This document shows, piece by piece, positions 14,550 to 28,169 of a stretch of DNA of 64,000 nucleotides. Position numbers and translations under genes: made by a program. Within the stretch, counting starts at the first letter, position 1, and every line of letters begins with the position of its first letter. Under the pieces are notes generated by a model that made no database searches, was not told where the DNA came from, and was given only the letters and a program-made list of their open reading frames with translations. Origin of the DNA: Octopus vulgaris (lineage: Eukaryota); contig OX597826.1 of assembly GCA_951406725.2 (NCBI GenBank), positions 58,280,001 to 58,344,000 on the forward strand, given 5' to 3'.

Positions 14550-15199
14550 ATGTATGAGCGTGTGTATATATGCTATGCATACATTTATCTATAAAGACAT
14601 ATATATGGATATACACATTTATGATTACACATTCATTCATTCACAATGATACAGAAGGACACACACACACACATTCACACAAACACAAACACAAACACAC
14701 CTTCATACGTCTTCGATGTTACCAGAAGTGACATCATGGATCTAGTTTAGTCACAAGATGTCTGACTGACAGATGCTGTAAGCAACAATAGAAACCGCCA
14801 TTCGACATAACATAATAGCTGTCCGTTTGACTAATTCATTTGGTTGGAGCGAAATACTCCTTCTCTCTGTCTCCACTCATTCCCCCTCTCTCTCTCCATC
14901 TCTCTCTGTCTCTTTCCCTCTCGCTTACGCTCTCTCTTTCTCTGTGCCTCTCATTTACTTCTGACCTCTTGAGGATTAGACAAGCATGAAATGTTCTATT
15001 TGACAAACACACAATACACACAGAGACAATACATACTTTTCAGTCCATTATTATACATAGTTTCGTAACAACTTCCTTCCCTTTCTACTACTAGATTCAC
15101 TATTAACGGCTGCTGTCCGTTGCGCATGTGTATCTCAATGTGTATATCGACGTGAGTGTGCTCGTATATATATATGTATATATATGTATATACATGTAC

Positions 15200-15274
<75 letters not shown>

Positions 15275-15479
15275 CATATATGTATGTGTGTAGGTGCATG
15301 TGTGCATATATGTATTTATGTATGTATGTGAATGTCTGAGTGGCTGAGGGGAGGGGCGGGAGAAGGAGTGAGAGGAGCTACGTAGCATATGCGGCATGTG
15401 CATGCATCCATACATGTAAATACACATGCGCTCTATAATGGGGAGTATTTAAATAAAGGTAATAAAGTGCTCATATAAG

Positions 15480-15517
<38 letters not shown>

Positions 15518-15754
15518 AATGTATATGTATGTAAGTATACATACATACATATATATATATGTGTGCGTGTGTGTGTGTTTGTGTGTATGTATATATGTAT
15601 ATATATATATATGGATATATGTTTGTGTATATATATAAATATTATACATACACACACATATATATATATACACGTGCATTTATATGCATATATATAAATA
15701 CAGACGTATATATATATATATATATACATATAAATACATGTATGCACTTATATA

Positions 15755-15813
<59 letters not shown>

Positions 15814-16098
15814 AAATATATATATGTATAAGTATATATCTATATATCAGAAATGTGTGTGTGTGAGTGTGTGCGTTTGTGTATGTATGTGTGCCTGTGT
15901 ATGTGGATACATACAGGTTTCAACTTGTACAGACTCATACATATATATATGTATGTATATGCAAATAGATACGCGTTTTGAATGTATTTACACATAGATA
16001 TGTATATCTTAATGTATATATATAAGATTAGGAAATAGAGATGTAGAGACAGAGCGACCGAGTGCGAGAGAAAGAATCAGAAAGAGAGGAAGCAAGAA

Positions 16099-16139
<41 letters not shown>

Positions 16140-16411
16140 GTGATTTATTGTATTCGTTATGAATATATATATATAGTTGTTTATTCCTACAAACATTTCA
16201 GATATACTCATCTCCATCGTACACACCCCACTTCCTCTTTATGGTGCTTTGTGATTTTAGTTACAACACAGGATGGTAGTGGGAGAGGGTAGGTTGAGAT
16301 CTCGAGATCTCTTGTAGGATCTTCTTTTGTTCATATTTTTAATTCTATTCATTGATACAAGGAATTGCCCAGCATATACTACACATGTGACATATTTGAG
16401 TGTACGCATAG

Positions 16412-16489
<78 letters not shown>

Positions 16490-16743
16490 CTATATATAAC
16501 ATATATAGGTATATCTATATATACCTATATATATATATATGCTATATATATTTTACATATATTTTACATAGGTATATATATATATGCACACAAATATAAA
16601 ACATATACAGAGGTATATACATATGTATATATATGCATTGTATATATATGTATATACATGCATATGCCAATGTGTGTGTGTGTTTTTTGCGCGTGTATGT
16701 GTGTGTAGAAATATGTCTTCGCACATTTACATGCGTCTCTCTC

Positions 16744-16815
<72 letters not shown>

Positions 16816-16827
16816 AGTATATGTATG

Positions 16828-16877
<50 letters not shown>

Positions 16878-16901
16878 TGTATGTATGTGTATATATATAT
16901 G

Positions 16902-16948
<47 letters not shown>

Positions 16949-17452
16949 AACCAGACACACTCACACACACATTTATATACCGTATAAGTATACTATACTT
17001 TATATGTTTACAAGTCTATTATAGTTCATTCAGCGTCGTTAGATGTTATGCCACTGTCATTCTCTACATTAACAATGGCACCCACTGAGATATAAATGAA
17101 AGCCTTCTCAATTTCAAGCTACTTTTTGTTTTACTCTGTATATTGCTGTGTTTGTTGTTATTGCCGCTATTTTTATTTTTGTTATTGTAGTTATTGTTGT
17201 TGGTGGAGTTTCTTATTGTTAGTTTTCTTTTTGATGTTGTTCTTGAAGTCATTGCTTTTGTTTCTTTATCCAATGTTTCATGATATCCCGTTTCTATTCG
17301 TCGATTTTGTTGGTTTTGGTTTTTTGTTTGTTTGTTTGCTTTTGAAAATGGCTGTCTGTGCGATTACGAAGCTTATTTTCCAATCACGTGATTACGTGTT
17401 CGATTCAACTTCGTAGTTTCTTGGACATTTTGTTTTTTTTAGTTTTTCGAGT

Positions 17453-17650
17453 TAAGGCGGCGAGCTGGCAAAATCGTTTGCTCTACGGACAAAATACATA
17501 GTCGCATTTTTCCTGGCTTTAACATCCGAATTCAAATTTTTTGACTTTGCCTTATATCCTTTTTGAGATCAATAAAATAATTCCAGTTGAATGCTATAGT
17601 CGTTGTAATCAACTAGCCCCTCCTCACAAAATTTCAGGTCTTATGGCTAA
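17453..17650 (+). mobile_element. SINE family B, degenerate
   Basis: aaggcggcgagctggcaaaatcgtt...gactttgccttatatcc...aaaatttcaggtctt. Confidence 0.7.
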
Positions 17651-17778
17651 GGTAGCATGATAGAAAGAATCATAGTTTCAGGTTGACCGTCACCTTCGTA
17701 GTGGAATTTCGCAATGGAGGGAATTTTCAAAGTTCTTCCGGTATACCTCTCCATCGATGGCTTTATTTGTGCACCCTT

Positions 17779-18290
17779 TGTAGCAAGACTCGAAACAGAA
17801 TCGCAAACTACGAAGTTTAAGTCACGACATAGCACAACCTTGTTCACGTGAGAGGTCGAGACAGACCAATCAACAACTAGACATCACTTGAAAGCTCATT
17901 CTAGAAGGTCCTAGAACATTTCCCAACAAGGGTTATATAAAAGCTTGTTTCTAGCGCCAAGTTTTAGAGTGCGTGATAACCTGCAGTCCAGCTCTGCACA
18001 CCCTCTCGCTATTTATGAGTGTCGTTTGCGCAACTTTCTGCACAACTTGGATATGTAGATATAGTTGGCCATTATGAATCTACAGTGTATATTTTCCCCT
18101 GTTTTGACAAACTCCAGTACAAAGGTTTTGTAATCAACTATGCACGAACACTACCGAATTATCGCTTCAGTTGTGTCGTTCTGTTGTGGAACTTTAAAAC
18201 TCATGTCCCACCTCAACATTATTTACGCTGTGAAATAAAAGTTACTATTAAATTTTTGCTTGGTGTTGTTATAGCGCCATACAAGCAACA
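17779..18290 (+). mobile_element. Solo LTR (512 bp), probably Gypsy-type
   Basis: Starts TGTAGC, ends GCAACA (imperfect terminal inverted repeat). Flanked by CCTT at 17775-17778 and 18291-18294. TATATAAAA at 17934 and AATAAA at 18234 are in U3-R-U5 order. Confidence 0.75.
17845..17942 (+). promoter_or_regulatory. Pol II promoter with heat-shock element inside the solo LTR
   Basis: CACGTG 17845, CCAAT 17866, aTTCt-aGAAg-gTCCt-aGAAc-aTTTc 17898-17922 (alternating nGAAn pentamers), TATA box 17934-17942. Confidence 0.6.
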
Positions 18291-18794
18291 CCTTCATCAT
18301 GTCCATGAGTGTCAGTATACCTTGTAGGAAAAATAAAGTGTAAGTGGTCAGATACTATAGAACAGACAATAAGCAGATATTAGTTATTAATTGAAATTAA
18401 AGAGTTCGAATCTCGTCGTGGTCAATCATACCTCTTCACGATGTTCCATAATCGATTTCTTTTCCTATCACCAAATTTCTGCCGTTGTCCCTATGTGACA
18501 AATTTAATTCAATTTTATACAATAGTTTTGGAATGGCACAATTACATATTCTCAGTTGATTGTCTGGCATGAAATTTATTCATTTTCTTTTCGTTACAAC
18601 CATTGTCTTGAACAATGGTTATCAGCAAAGTTTACAAAAAAAAAAAGAAAAAAAAGAAAACAAATTTCTTGCCAGACTATCAATTGAGAATAATATGTGA
18701 GTATTTGTGCTTGTATGTGTGTGTGTATGTCCATCATCATCATCATCATCATCATCATTATCATCATCATCATCATCATCATCATTATCACCAC

Positions 18795-18914
<120 letters not shown>

Positions 18915-18929
18915 TATCATCATCACTTC

Positions 18930-19185
18930 ATTCATATACGTGCAACGGAATTAGACTGTTGGAAAAAATCCTAATATAGGGCTACATCGAGTAAACTTAG
19001 ATGCCATGAACCTTCTGAAGTATCCTAGCTGTCCCTAATACTACTGAAGCTGCACTAAACCAGGTTTTATGCCTATTTCCTCTATCTATCTGTTCAAATC
19101 TATAGGGATAGTTCCTAATACACCTATATTTACAGGGATACATTTTACCTGCAAGTTCCATAGCCTCTGTAACTCAATGGCTATT
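18930..19185 (-). mobile_element. R4/Dong-like non-LTR retrotransposon 3' fragment (restriction-like endonuclease C-terminus)
   Basis: AIELQRLWNLQVKCIPVNIGVLGTIP is homologous to EIEITRMWNLKTETIPIIVGALG at 52 kb. Bounded by (TAA)n and (TGA)n tracts. Confidence 0.7.
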
Positions 19186-19193
19186 ATTATTAA

Positions 19194-19250
<57 letters not shown>

Positions 19251-19251
19251 C

Positions 19252-19292
<41 letters not shown>

Positions 19293-19335
19293 GCTGTTGT
19301 TGCTTTTATTATGATTCCAGATCATTATCATCTAT

Positions 19336-19746
19336 CTTTTACTCTTTTACTCTTTTACTTGTTTCAGTCATTTGACTGCGGCCACGCTGGAGCACCGCCT
19401 TTAGTCGAGCAAATCGACCCCAGGACTTATTCTTTGGAAGCCTAGTACTTATTCTATCGGTCTCTTTTTGTCGAACCGCTAGGTTACGGGGACGTAAACA
19501 CGCCACCATCGGTTGTCAAGCGATGTTGGGGGGACAAACACAGACGCACAGACATATATACACACACATTCATATATATATATACATATATACGACAGGC
19601 TTCTTTCAGTTTCCGCCTACCAAATCCACTCAGAAGGCTTTGGTCGACCCGTGGCTATAGTAGAAGACACTTGCCCAAGGTGCCACGCAGTGGGACTGAA
19701 CCCGGAACCATGTGGTTGGTAAGCAAGCTACTCACCACACAGCCAC
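19336..19746 (-). mobile_element. Near full-length SINE family A
   Basis: One of the cleanest copies: head gtggctgtgtggtgagtagcttgcttaccaaccacatggttccgggttcagtccc, internal TA tract, (GAGTAAAA)n tail. Confidence 0.9.
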
Positions 19747-20604
19747 ACTGACACAAGTCAACTTTACCCTTCATCGTTTCGGGATCGATAAAATAAGTAG
19801 CAATCTAGTACTGGGGTCGATGCAATAGACTCCTCGTCCCTTCTCCCAAAATTGCAGGCCTTGTGCCTGCAGCAGAATGGATTATTATTACAATTATTAA
19901 TATTGTTGTTCTCGTTGTTGTCGTTGTTGTTATAATATTTGACTTTCATAGTGAGGAAACATTGTTTTCTTTCGCATTTTTTAAGCTACAAGACTGGATA
20001 CTGCAACAGCAAAAACTAAAGAAATAAAATTAGAACCAAAACAGCTAATTGAAAGTTTTAAAAAAAAGGGGGAAACGAATGACTGGTGAACAATTACTAG
20101 AAAAACATCCCAGACACTCCACTCTCAAATTAGTAGTTTCGAAGATAGCAAGGCTGGTAATAATAACAACAACAGCCGTATAAGCGACTATAACACAGAG
20201 TCAAGTGCTATAGCTCATTCATATAATAGTTATTTTGAAGCGAAAATTCTCTAAACAAAATCAAAAGAAACATAATGTTTTGTCTTTATAACACTTGCAA
20301 GAAAAAAGAATGTAGTTCAGAGAATTTTCCAAAAGCGAACTGCATTCCTTTGCTACAGGAGCTAATCAAGGAGAAGGCAAAGAGGAGAATTATATCCTTT
20401 TGCTTACGAAAGAACAGGAATAAACTTAATTTTGCTCCTCGTCAAATAGTACAATGGGCTCTTCGTGACATACCGGGAATAATTATCTTACTGTTAAAAG
20501 ACGAAAGCTATGGCAATGCCTGTTGTATGAAGAAAACTGAGCCCAGACAAGGATATGTTGTAATTTCCCGATATTCCTCTGCCCATATGTTTATGTTGTG
20601 ATGT

Positions 20605-20932
20605 GTGAAGTTGCGTGGTTTAGAGGTTGGGGTGTTCGATTCACGGTCGTTAGGTCGTGAGTTCGATTCCTGGCGGCCCGTAGTGTCGTCTTTGGACAAG
20701 GCACTTTATTTCACATTGCTCCAGTTCACTCAGCTGACAAAAATGTGTTGTATCTGAACTTCAAAGGGCCAGACACGTGACATTCCGCGTCTCGTTGAAT
20801 CGCTCTGAGAACTATGTTAAGGTTACCCGTGTCTGTGGAGTGCTCAGCCACTTCGCACGTTAATTTCACGAGCAGATTGTTCTGTTGATCGGATCAAATG
20901 AAACAACCGTTGTCGTAACCGACGGAGTGCCA
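20605..20932 (+). mobile_element. SINE family C variant with CORE-like domain
   Basis: tRNA-like head (gagttcgattcc), tctttggacaaggcactttatttcacattgctccag, and a 3' body shared with 7455-7840. Confidence 0.8.
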
Positions 20933-21277
20933 TTTTCTCTTTATGCGGGTCAAAGAAACACACGAGTGACGATAAGAGACATCGCAAACAGCATAGATCT
21001 GTAGTTAGTTGTTATTTTATAAGTGAGGTAAAATGAGTAATTTATGATTTCTTCCTCTTTTCTTTCGACCTTTTTGGGACCATCACATTGAAAGTATTGC
21101 ATCATCTTTGGGAGAAACAATTGGTCAGCTTAGTTGCTGTTACTGTTGTTGAAGTTGAGGAAAGTTGAAATATAGCAGGTGTCAAATACTTTTGTTTCGT
21201 ATGTTTCTATTAGAATTATTACTTACATACTTCCGTACGCTCTACATACACACGCACATTATATATATATATATAAA

Positions 21278-21441
21278 TATGGATCAAAACAGTTTGATTC
21301 AAATTCCTTGGTACTCTTGATTTTCAAGCGTGATGCTAATCATCAGACATTTTGAATTCAAATTCAAAATGGCTGACGACTAGCATCACGCTAGAAACTC
21401 AAGAGTACCAACGAATCTCAATCAAACTGCTTCGATCCATA
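21278..21441. mobile_element. 164-bp palindromic MITE-like element with TA ends
   Basis: tatggatcaaaacagtttgatt...cattttgaatt / aattcaaaatgg...aatcaaactgcttcgatccata. Confidence 0.8.
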
Positions 21442-21518
21442 CATGTTACTCCAAATAAATTTGCTGAGTGCCCTTCTTTGTCCACTCTCTCGTATATGCA
21501 TACATACATACATAATAT

Positions 21519-21571
<53 letters not shown>

Positions 21572-22333
21572 TGTATGTTTATGTATATAATGATATACAT
21601 GCATGTATGTGTATATATAATGATATATATCGATATATGTATATATGTATACATATATATGCATATATACGCATACATATATATATTAATATTTATACAT
21701 ACGCACGCGCACGCACACACACACGCACACACACACACGCACACACATATATATATATATATATATGTACACACACATATATTCACACTTACATTCACGC
21801 ACATGACCTGGCTCGAACAGTTTCCGTCAACAGCCACCCATGCAAAAGATATTGATCAATCTGGGGCTATAAAAGCTGATATTTTCCCAGGGTGTTACTC
21901 AGGAGAGTGGGGTCCCATACTACCTGGAACCACGCATAATCGGGCTCACGCTCACACCCACACCCACTACACACAGACACATCATATATATATATATATG
22001 AATTTACGTAACTACCTACTTCGGCACATGCAGAGCTATCTACACTCGCCTCAACCTGCACCACAACCATAATCATAACCACCACCACCACCACCATCAC
22101 TGTCAAAGCAACCACAAGAAGATGGAGAAGGAGGAGGAAGATAAGGAAGAAGAACAACAACAAAAGCGACAACATCGTCTCCACCCTCAATAAACTCTCC
22201 CCGACACAACACCCCCTACCCATTCCCGAGCGTGACTAATTCTTTACCCGCTGGCATTGATACTTTATCTAATTATTTATATTGGGGAGGTTAAATTATG
22301 ATTTCTGCAATTTCAGAAACACTGCACTCATAA

Positions 22334-22383
<50 letters not shown>

Positions 22384-22488
22384 TGCGTGTGTATGAGTAT
22401 ATATATATTTGAAACACTATCCACATACCTGTGTATATCCAACATACATACACACGCACATTTAGCATAGCTATCTATCTATCTATAT

Positions 22489-22542
<54 letters not shown>

Positions 22543-22727
22543 CACACACACACATATATATATACATATATATACACATACATATATATATGATATATAT
22601 ATATACACATATATATATAGATATAGATATATATATCCACACGTACATATATGTGTATACATACATACGTACATTCATATATATATATATATATATGTGT
22701 GTATGTATGCATACATATACACATACA

Positions 22728-22763
<36 letters not shown>

Positions 22764-23329
22764 TATATATATGCATTATATATACATATATATATATATA
22801 TATATAGCATGCATATATGTATGAATCAATACTTACATACATACATACACACATACGCACATATATCCACCTACATAAATTCATACAGGCACACATACAC
22901 TCATATATTCACATACATACATACATACATACATGCATACATACATACATACATACATACATACATACATACATACATACATACATACATACATACATAC
23001 TACTCTTGTACTTTTGTTTAGCCTTCAGGCAACGGGAAATTGAGGTGGGCAACTTGGTTCAAATTAGGCAAACACAATCAGATTGCTATTACCATCTTTT
23101 AAAATTCTTACCTTTCCTTACTACACTTCTGCTTCTTCTTCATCTTTATGAAGCTGAATATTACCACTAACATTATTATTATTATTGTTGTTGTTGTTGT
23201 TGTTGTTCTTATTCTTCTTCTTTGTTGTTGTTGTTGTTATTATTTAAATCGATATTTGATATATTATTTTTATTGTTATCATTACTGTTATTACCAATAA
23301 TATTTACATCGATATTGGGTTGACAATCA

Positions 23330-23780
23330 TCGTCATCATCATCGTCTTCGTAAACGCCATCATCATCACCATCATCATCACCATTATCACCACCAACACC
23401 ATCGCCACCATCATCGTCATCATCATAATCATCAACATTATATCACTACCACCGCCACCACCACCACCACCACCACTACCACCACCATGACCATCATCAC
23501 CATCATCATCACCATTATCACCACCAGTACCATCACCACCATCATCGTCATCATCATAATCATCAACATTATATCACTAACACCACCACCACCACCACCA
23601 CCATGACCATCATCACCATCATCATCATCACCAGCCCCATCCTCACCCCACAACCACCCTCACTACCACCACCGCTACATCCACCACCACCATCATCATC
23701 ATCATCATCACCACGCCACCACCAACACCACCACCACCAACACCACCACCACCACCACCACCACCACCACCATAATCATT

Positions 23781-23815
<35 letters not shown>

Positions 23816-23840
23816 TATTATTATCATTATTATTATCGTT
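23330..23840. repeat. Compound (CAC)/(CAT) microsatellite containing a ~130-bp tandem duplication
   Basis: catcataatcatcaacattatatcacta occurs at ~23421 and ~23552. Confidence 0.75.
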
Positions 23841-24160
23841 CTTGTTATTTTATATGCGCTTGGCCCTTATGGCAGATAAAGAAATCATCCTCACCACCAA
23901 CACCAACCCAACCCCACCACCAACACCAACCCCACCAACACCAACCTCACCAACACCACCAGCACAACCAACACTAACGCCATCGTCATCTTCATCAACA
24001 TCATCTTTTTTCTGCTTCTTTATTCTTTTGTAAATTTGTTTCATTTTCTTTTTCATATTTTTTTCTTGTACATTACCGTACCATACACAAGCAGTGCACT
24101 ACACGTACATACACATTACACACATACTCCAAGCACTCCAAGCACAGCGCACACATAGTG

Positions 24161-24199
<39 letters not shown>

Positions 24200-24439
24200 A
24201 GGCATAGTACATTGTACTGTGGTTGCAAATTATCTAAAATAAAAATGAAGGAAACAAAATTATCAGTTATAGGAATAGAAAATAAAGTAAAAATATTATA
24301 TTTAGCTGGCAATCATTATTTTCAGCAGCAGCAGAAACAACATCAGCAGCAACAGTAGAAGCTTCAGCAGCAACACTAGCAGCAGCAAACGATTCAACAG
24401 TACCACAACTGAACTAACGCTTCTAGCAAAAGCTGCAGC

Positions 24440-24462
24440 ACTAATAGCAGCAGCAGCAGCAA

Positions 24463-24553
<91 letters not shown>

Positions 24554-24737
24554 GGTGGTGGTGGTGGTGGTGGTGGTGGTGGTGGTGGTGGTGGTGGTGG
24601 TGGTGGTGGTGGTGGTTTTAGTAGCAGAAGCGGCAGTAGTGGTAGTATTAGTAGTAATATTAGTAGTAGTAACGGCAGCAGCAACAGTGGTAGCAGTAGT
24701 AGTAGTGGCAGTAGCAGAAGCAGCTGTAGTGGTGGTG

Positions 24738-24771
<34 letters not shown>

Positions 24772-24800
24772 AAGTGGCAGTAGCAGAAGCAGCAGTACTG

Positions 24801-24845
<45 letters not shown>

Positions 24846-24912
24846 ACAGCAGCAACAGTAGTAGTAGTTGTAGTAGTGGTGGTGGTGGTGGTGGTGGTGG
24901 TGGTGGTGGTGG
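24440..24912. repeat. Compound (TAG)/(TGG)/(CAG) microsatellite
   Basis: Seen directly. Confidence 0.9.
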
Positions 24913-25159
24913 GTCAGCAACAGTCGCAACATCATTGCAACTACCACCACAGCCATCTTAACCACCACGAAGTGACGGAACTACAAAAGTCACCAGCAAC
25001 ACCATCAAAACCACCACCGCCGCCAACACCAAACATCAATGCCACCACCAACCCACCATCAAAATCTGCATTATCACTGGTCAAGATTAATGCCCCAACA
25101 ACACCATGAACATACATAACCATCACACTATCTCCACCTCTGTAATATACATATGAATA

Positions 25160-25710
25160 CATTTAACACATTATCAACACGTTATTATCACATTTAATAC
25201 CATTATGAACACATTATCACAAGGAATACCCATTATTAATACAATATCACATTAAGCACAATTATCAATACATTATCACTTTTCACATTATTATCAATTC
25301 ATTATTATCCAATTTAATGCTATAATCTAGACATCACATTTAAGAGCATTATTTACACCGTAAAATTATCAACATTTTCAATAGATTATTATCACATTTA
25401 ATAACATTATTTAAACATTATCACATTTAACTCTATTCGCAATACAATATTACATTTGATACAATTCTCAATACATTATTATCACATTTAACACCATTAT
25501 CTACACAATAAAATTAGCATCATAACCTATACATTATCACATTCAACACCATTATCAACATATCACATTTCATTTCGTTTAACATCATTATCTACATATT
25601 ATCACACTTAATACCTTAATCAATACGTTATCACATTTAACAATGTTATCAATACATTATTAAATTTAACATTATTATCTGTGCATTATCATACTAACAA
25701 CACTTAACAA
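25160..25710. repeat. Degenerate AT-rich minisatellite (~27-30-bp unit, ACATTATCACATTTAAyACCATTATCAAT-like)
   Basis: attatcacattta and cattatcaa recur throughout. Confidence 0.75.
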
Positions 25711-26089
25711 TAACATATAATGCAGACGCTACTAACAACACCGCAACTAGTTTCACAATCGGTAGAACAACCCTAACAACAATATTATCGTCAATGAAGT
25801 TTGTTACTAAATCAATATCAACTGCCTTCTTCAGCACCAACATGGCCGTCAGTTGAATTAACGACTTCTTTGCATTAGTAGAAGATCAAATACACAGTAG
25901 ATGGTATGTATCAAATATATATATGTCCAGTATTTATTTTTACCGACCACAGAGAGATGAAAGATAAATGTGGATCACAGTAGAATCGGAAGTAGAGTGG
26001 GAATAAATAATGAATGAGATTTAATATGGCGTTCAAACATCTCTGATTCCTGCAGATTGTTTTAAACGAAATTAATGACGTTTAAACAG

Positions 26090-26300
26090 CAGGTAGCGCG
26101 TCGGACAATATGTTTAGCGGCATTTCTTCTGCTTTTTATTTATTATCATTTATTTTTCTATTCTGAGTTCAAATCCCGTCAGGATCAACTTTAGCTTTCA
26201 TCCCTTCTGAGCCGATTAAATAAAGTACCAGTCAAATACCGTGATCGATGTAATCGACAAGTCCTATTTCCGTAAAAGCGATACCTTTGAAACCTGTAAT
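26090..26300 (+). mobile_element. SINE family B, degenerate
   Basis: ttctgagttcaaatcccgtcaggatcaactttagctttcatcccttc...gtaccagtc...tcgatgtaatcgac. Confidence 0.65.
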
Positions 26301-27160
26301 GGATTGGCATCACGTTAAGGGGGGCAATATTGAAATCTCAGTTACTTATACGTCATGAAAGCCAGCCTTATGAGTCTTAGGGTTCAAGAATAATAATAAA
26401 AAAAAATTTAATACGGGCTCAGCCACACCAAGAGATTGCTTAGCAGTAACGTGATTTCAGGATCGATACCATTGCGTGGTACCAAAGGCGTGGGTCTTCT
26501 ATTATAACCTTGTCTCGACTAAAGTCTTGTGAAGGAAATTGTGGAGACAGAAACAGAGTATAATACCATTAGATACCCCTTTTCAGTTTTCGAGTGGTAG
26601 GCTTCGTTTGTCACCATGTTTTGATAAAACGACCAGGGTCTTGGACAGCGTTTACGGTAAGCTTTCGAATCTTGAATTTGGTCTGATGCTAAAGTCTTTG
26701 TTTGTTTGTTTGTTTGTTGCTTTCTTTCTTTCTTTCTTTCTATCTTCCTTCGTTCACTCGTTCGTACCTTCCTTCGTTCCGTCCTTCCTCCAAGCAGTTT
26801 CAGAGACCCTGAAATAGGTAAAAGGTGCTACGCTTTTTTCTTTTATCAAGCAATTAATAGAAATGAAACGAAATGTTTTAATCTGGGACTGAAAATGCCT
26901 TGAAGGCATTACTAATCCAAAGTTTAATATCTGCATTTACTAAGCACCACTTTTAATGATGATGATGATGATGATGATATTTTAAAAGGATTGACGTAAC
27001 TCTTCACGGAGGTAAATAGACAACACGAACAGCACGATGCGATTGTAATAGGTATTTTATTGGTTGAATGATATTTCGACAGCTAGCCTGTCTTCGTCAT
27101 GTTCAAAATGAAAAGTGATAAATTCAAAATTATAGAAATTCTAATCCAAAATATGAACGA

Positions 27161-27292
27161 GGGCAACCAGCGTCCCCACGTTGGTGGAATGATGTCATCG
27201 GTCTTCAAATTTCAAATTTCTTTTGCCAGTTGCAAACTCAAAATTTCAAGACTGATGGTGTCATCCCATCAACGTGGCGACGCTGGCTGCCC
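27161..27292. repeat. 132-bp GC-rich inverted repeat (hairpin or MITE)
   Basis: gggcaaccagcgtccccacgttggtggaatgatgtcatcggtcttcaaattt pairs with aaatttcaagactgatggtgtcatcccatcaacgtggcgacgctggctgccc. Confidence 0.8.
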
Positions 27293-27730
27293 ATCCTCCT
27301 CCTCCTCCTTCTCCTCCTCCTCCTCATCATCATCATCGTTATCGTCATCATCGTTATCATCATCATCATCATTATCATCATTATCATAATGGTCATATCA
27401 TCGTCATCGTCATCATCATTATCATCTTCGTCATCATCATAATCATCTTCGTCGTCACCATCATCATCATCATAACCCTCCTCCTCCTCATCGTTATCGT
27501 CATCATCGTTATCATCATCATCATTATCATCATTATCATAATGGCCATCATTGTCACCGTCATCATCATCATTATCATCATCATCATCATATTACCAACA
27601 TTTTCGTCAATATTTCTGCAAAGTTAATTTCCCAGAACTCCAACAAATAATTCAAACACACCTCGCAGATATGTTTATGTAATATCCTATTTCAATGGTA
27701 GACATTTTAGTCTACTAAGTATTCTGCTTC

Positions 27731-27809
<79 letters not shown>

Positions 27810-28075
27810 TACTACAGATGATGATGATGATGATGATGATGAAGGTGGCAATGGTGGTGGTGATGATCATGATGATGAGACTATAGAAAACCAGATACGT
27901 TCAAGAGCGCTAACGAATAGGAATATTTCAGGGAGGTCTCTCTCTCTCTCTCTCTCAGTATATATATGTGTGTGTCTTTGTGTGTGTGTATGTGTGTGTG
28001 TGTATGTTTGTGTGTGTGTGTTCAGAGAGTGAGAGAGAGAAAGAGGGAGAGAGATAAATAGATAGAGAGGTAGAT

Positions 28076-28142
<67 letters not shown>

Positions 28143-28169
28143 TAGACAGATTGATAGTTTGATAGATCA

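Noticed and set aside
14700-14860. Possible minus-strand exon after ttgttgcttacag
   Set aside because: All three frames hit stops soon after the acceptor, and the short downstream peptide is unrecognisable.
18019-18327. 102-aa ORF downstream of the heat-shock promoter
   Set aside because: It lies inside the solo LTR, starts at a non-ATG codon and does not resemble any heat-shock protein.
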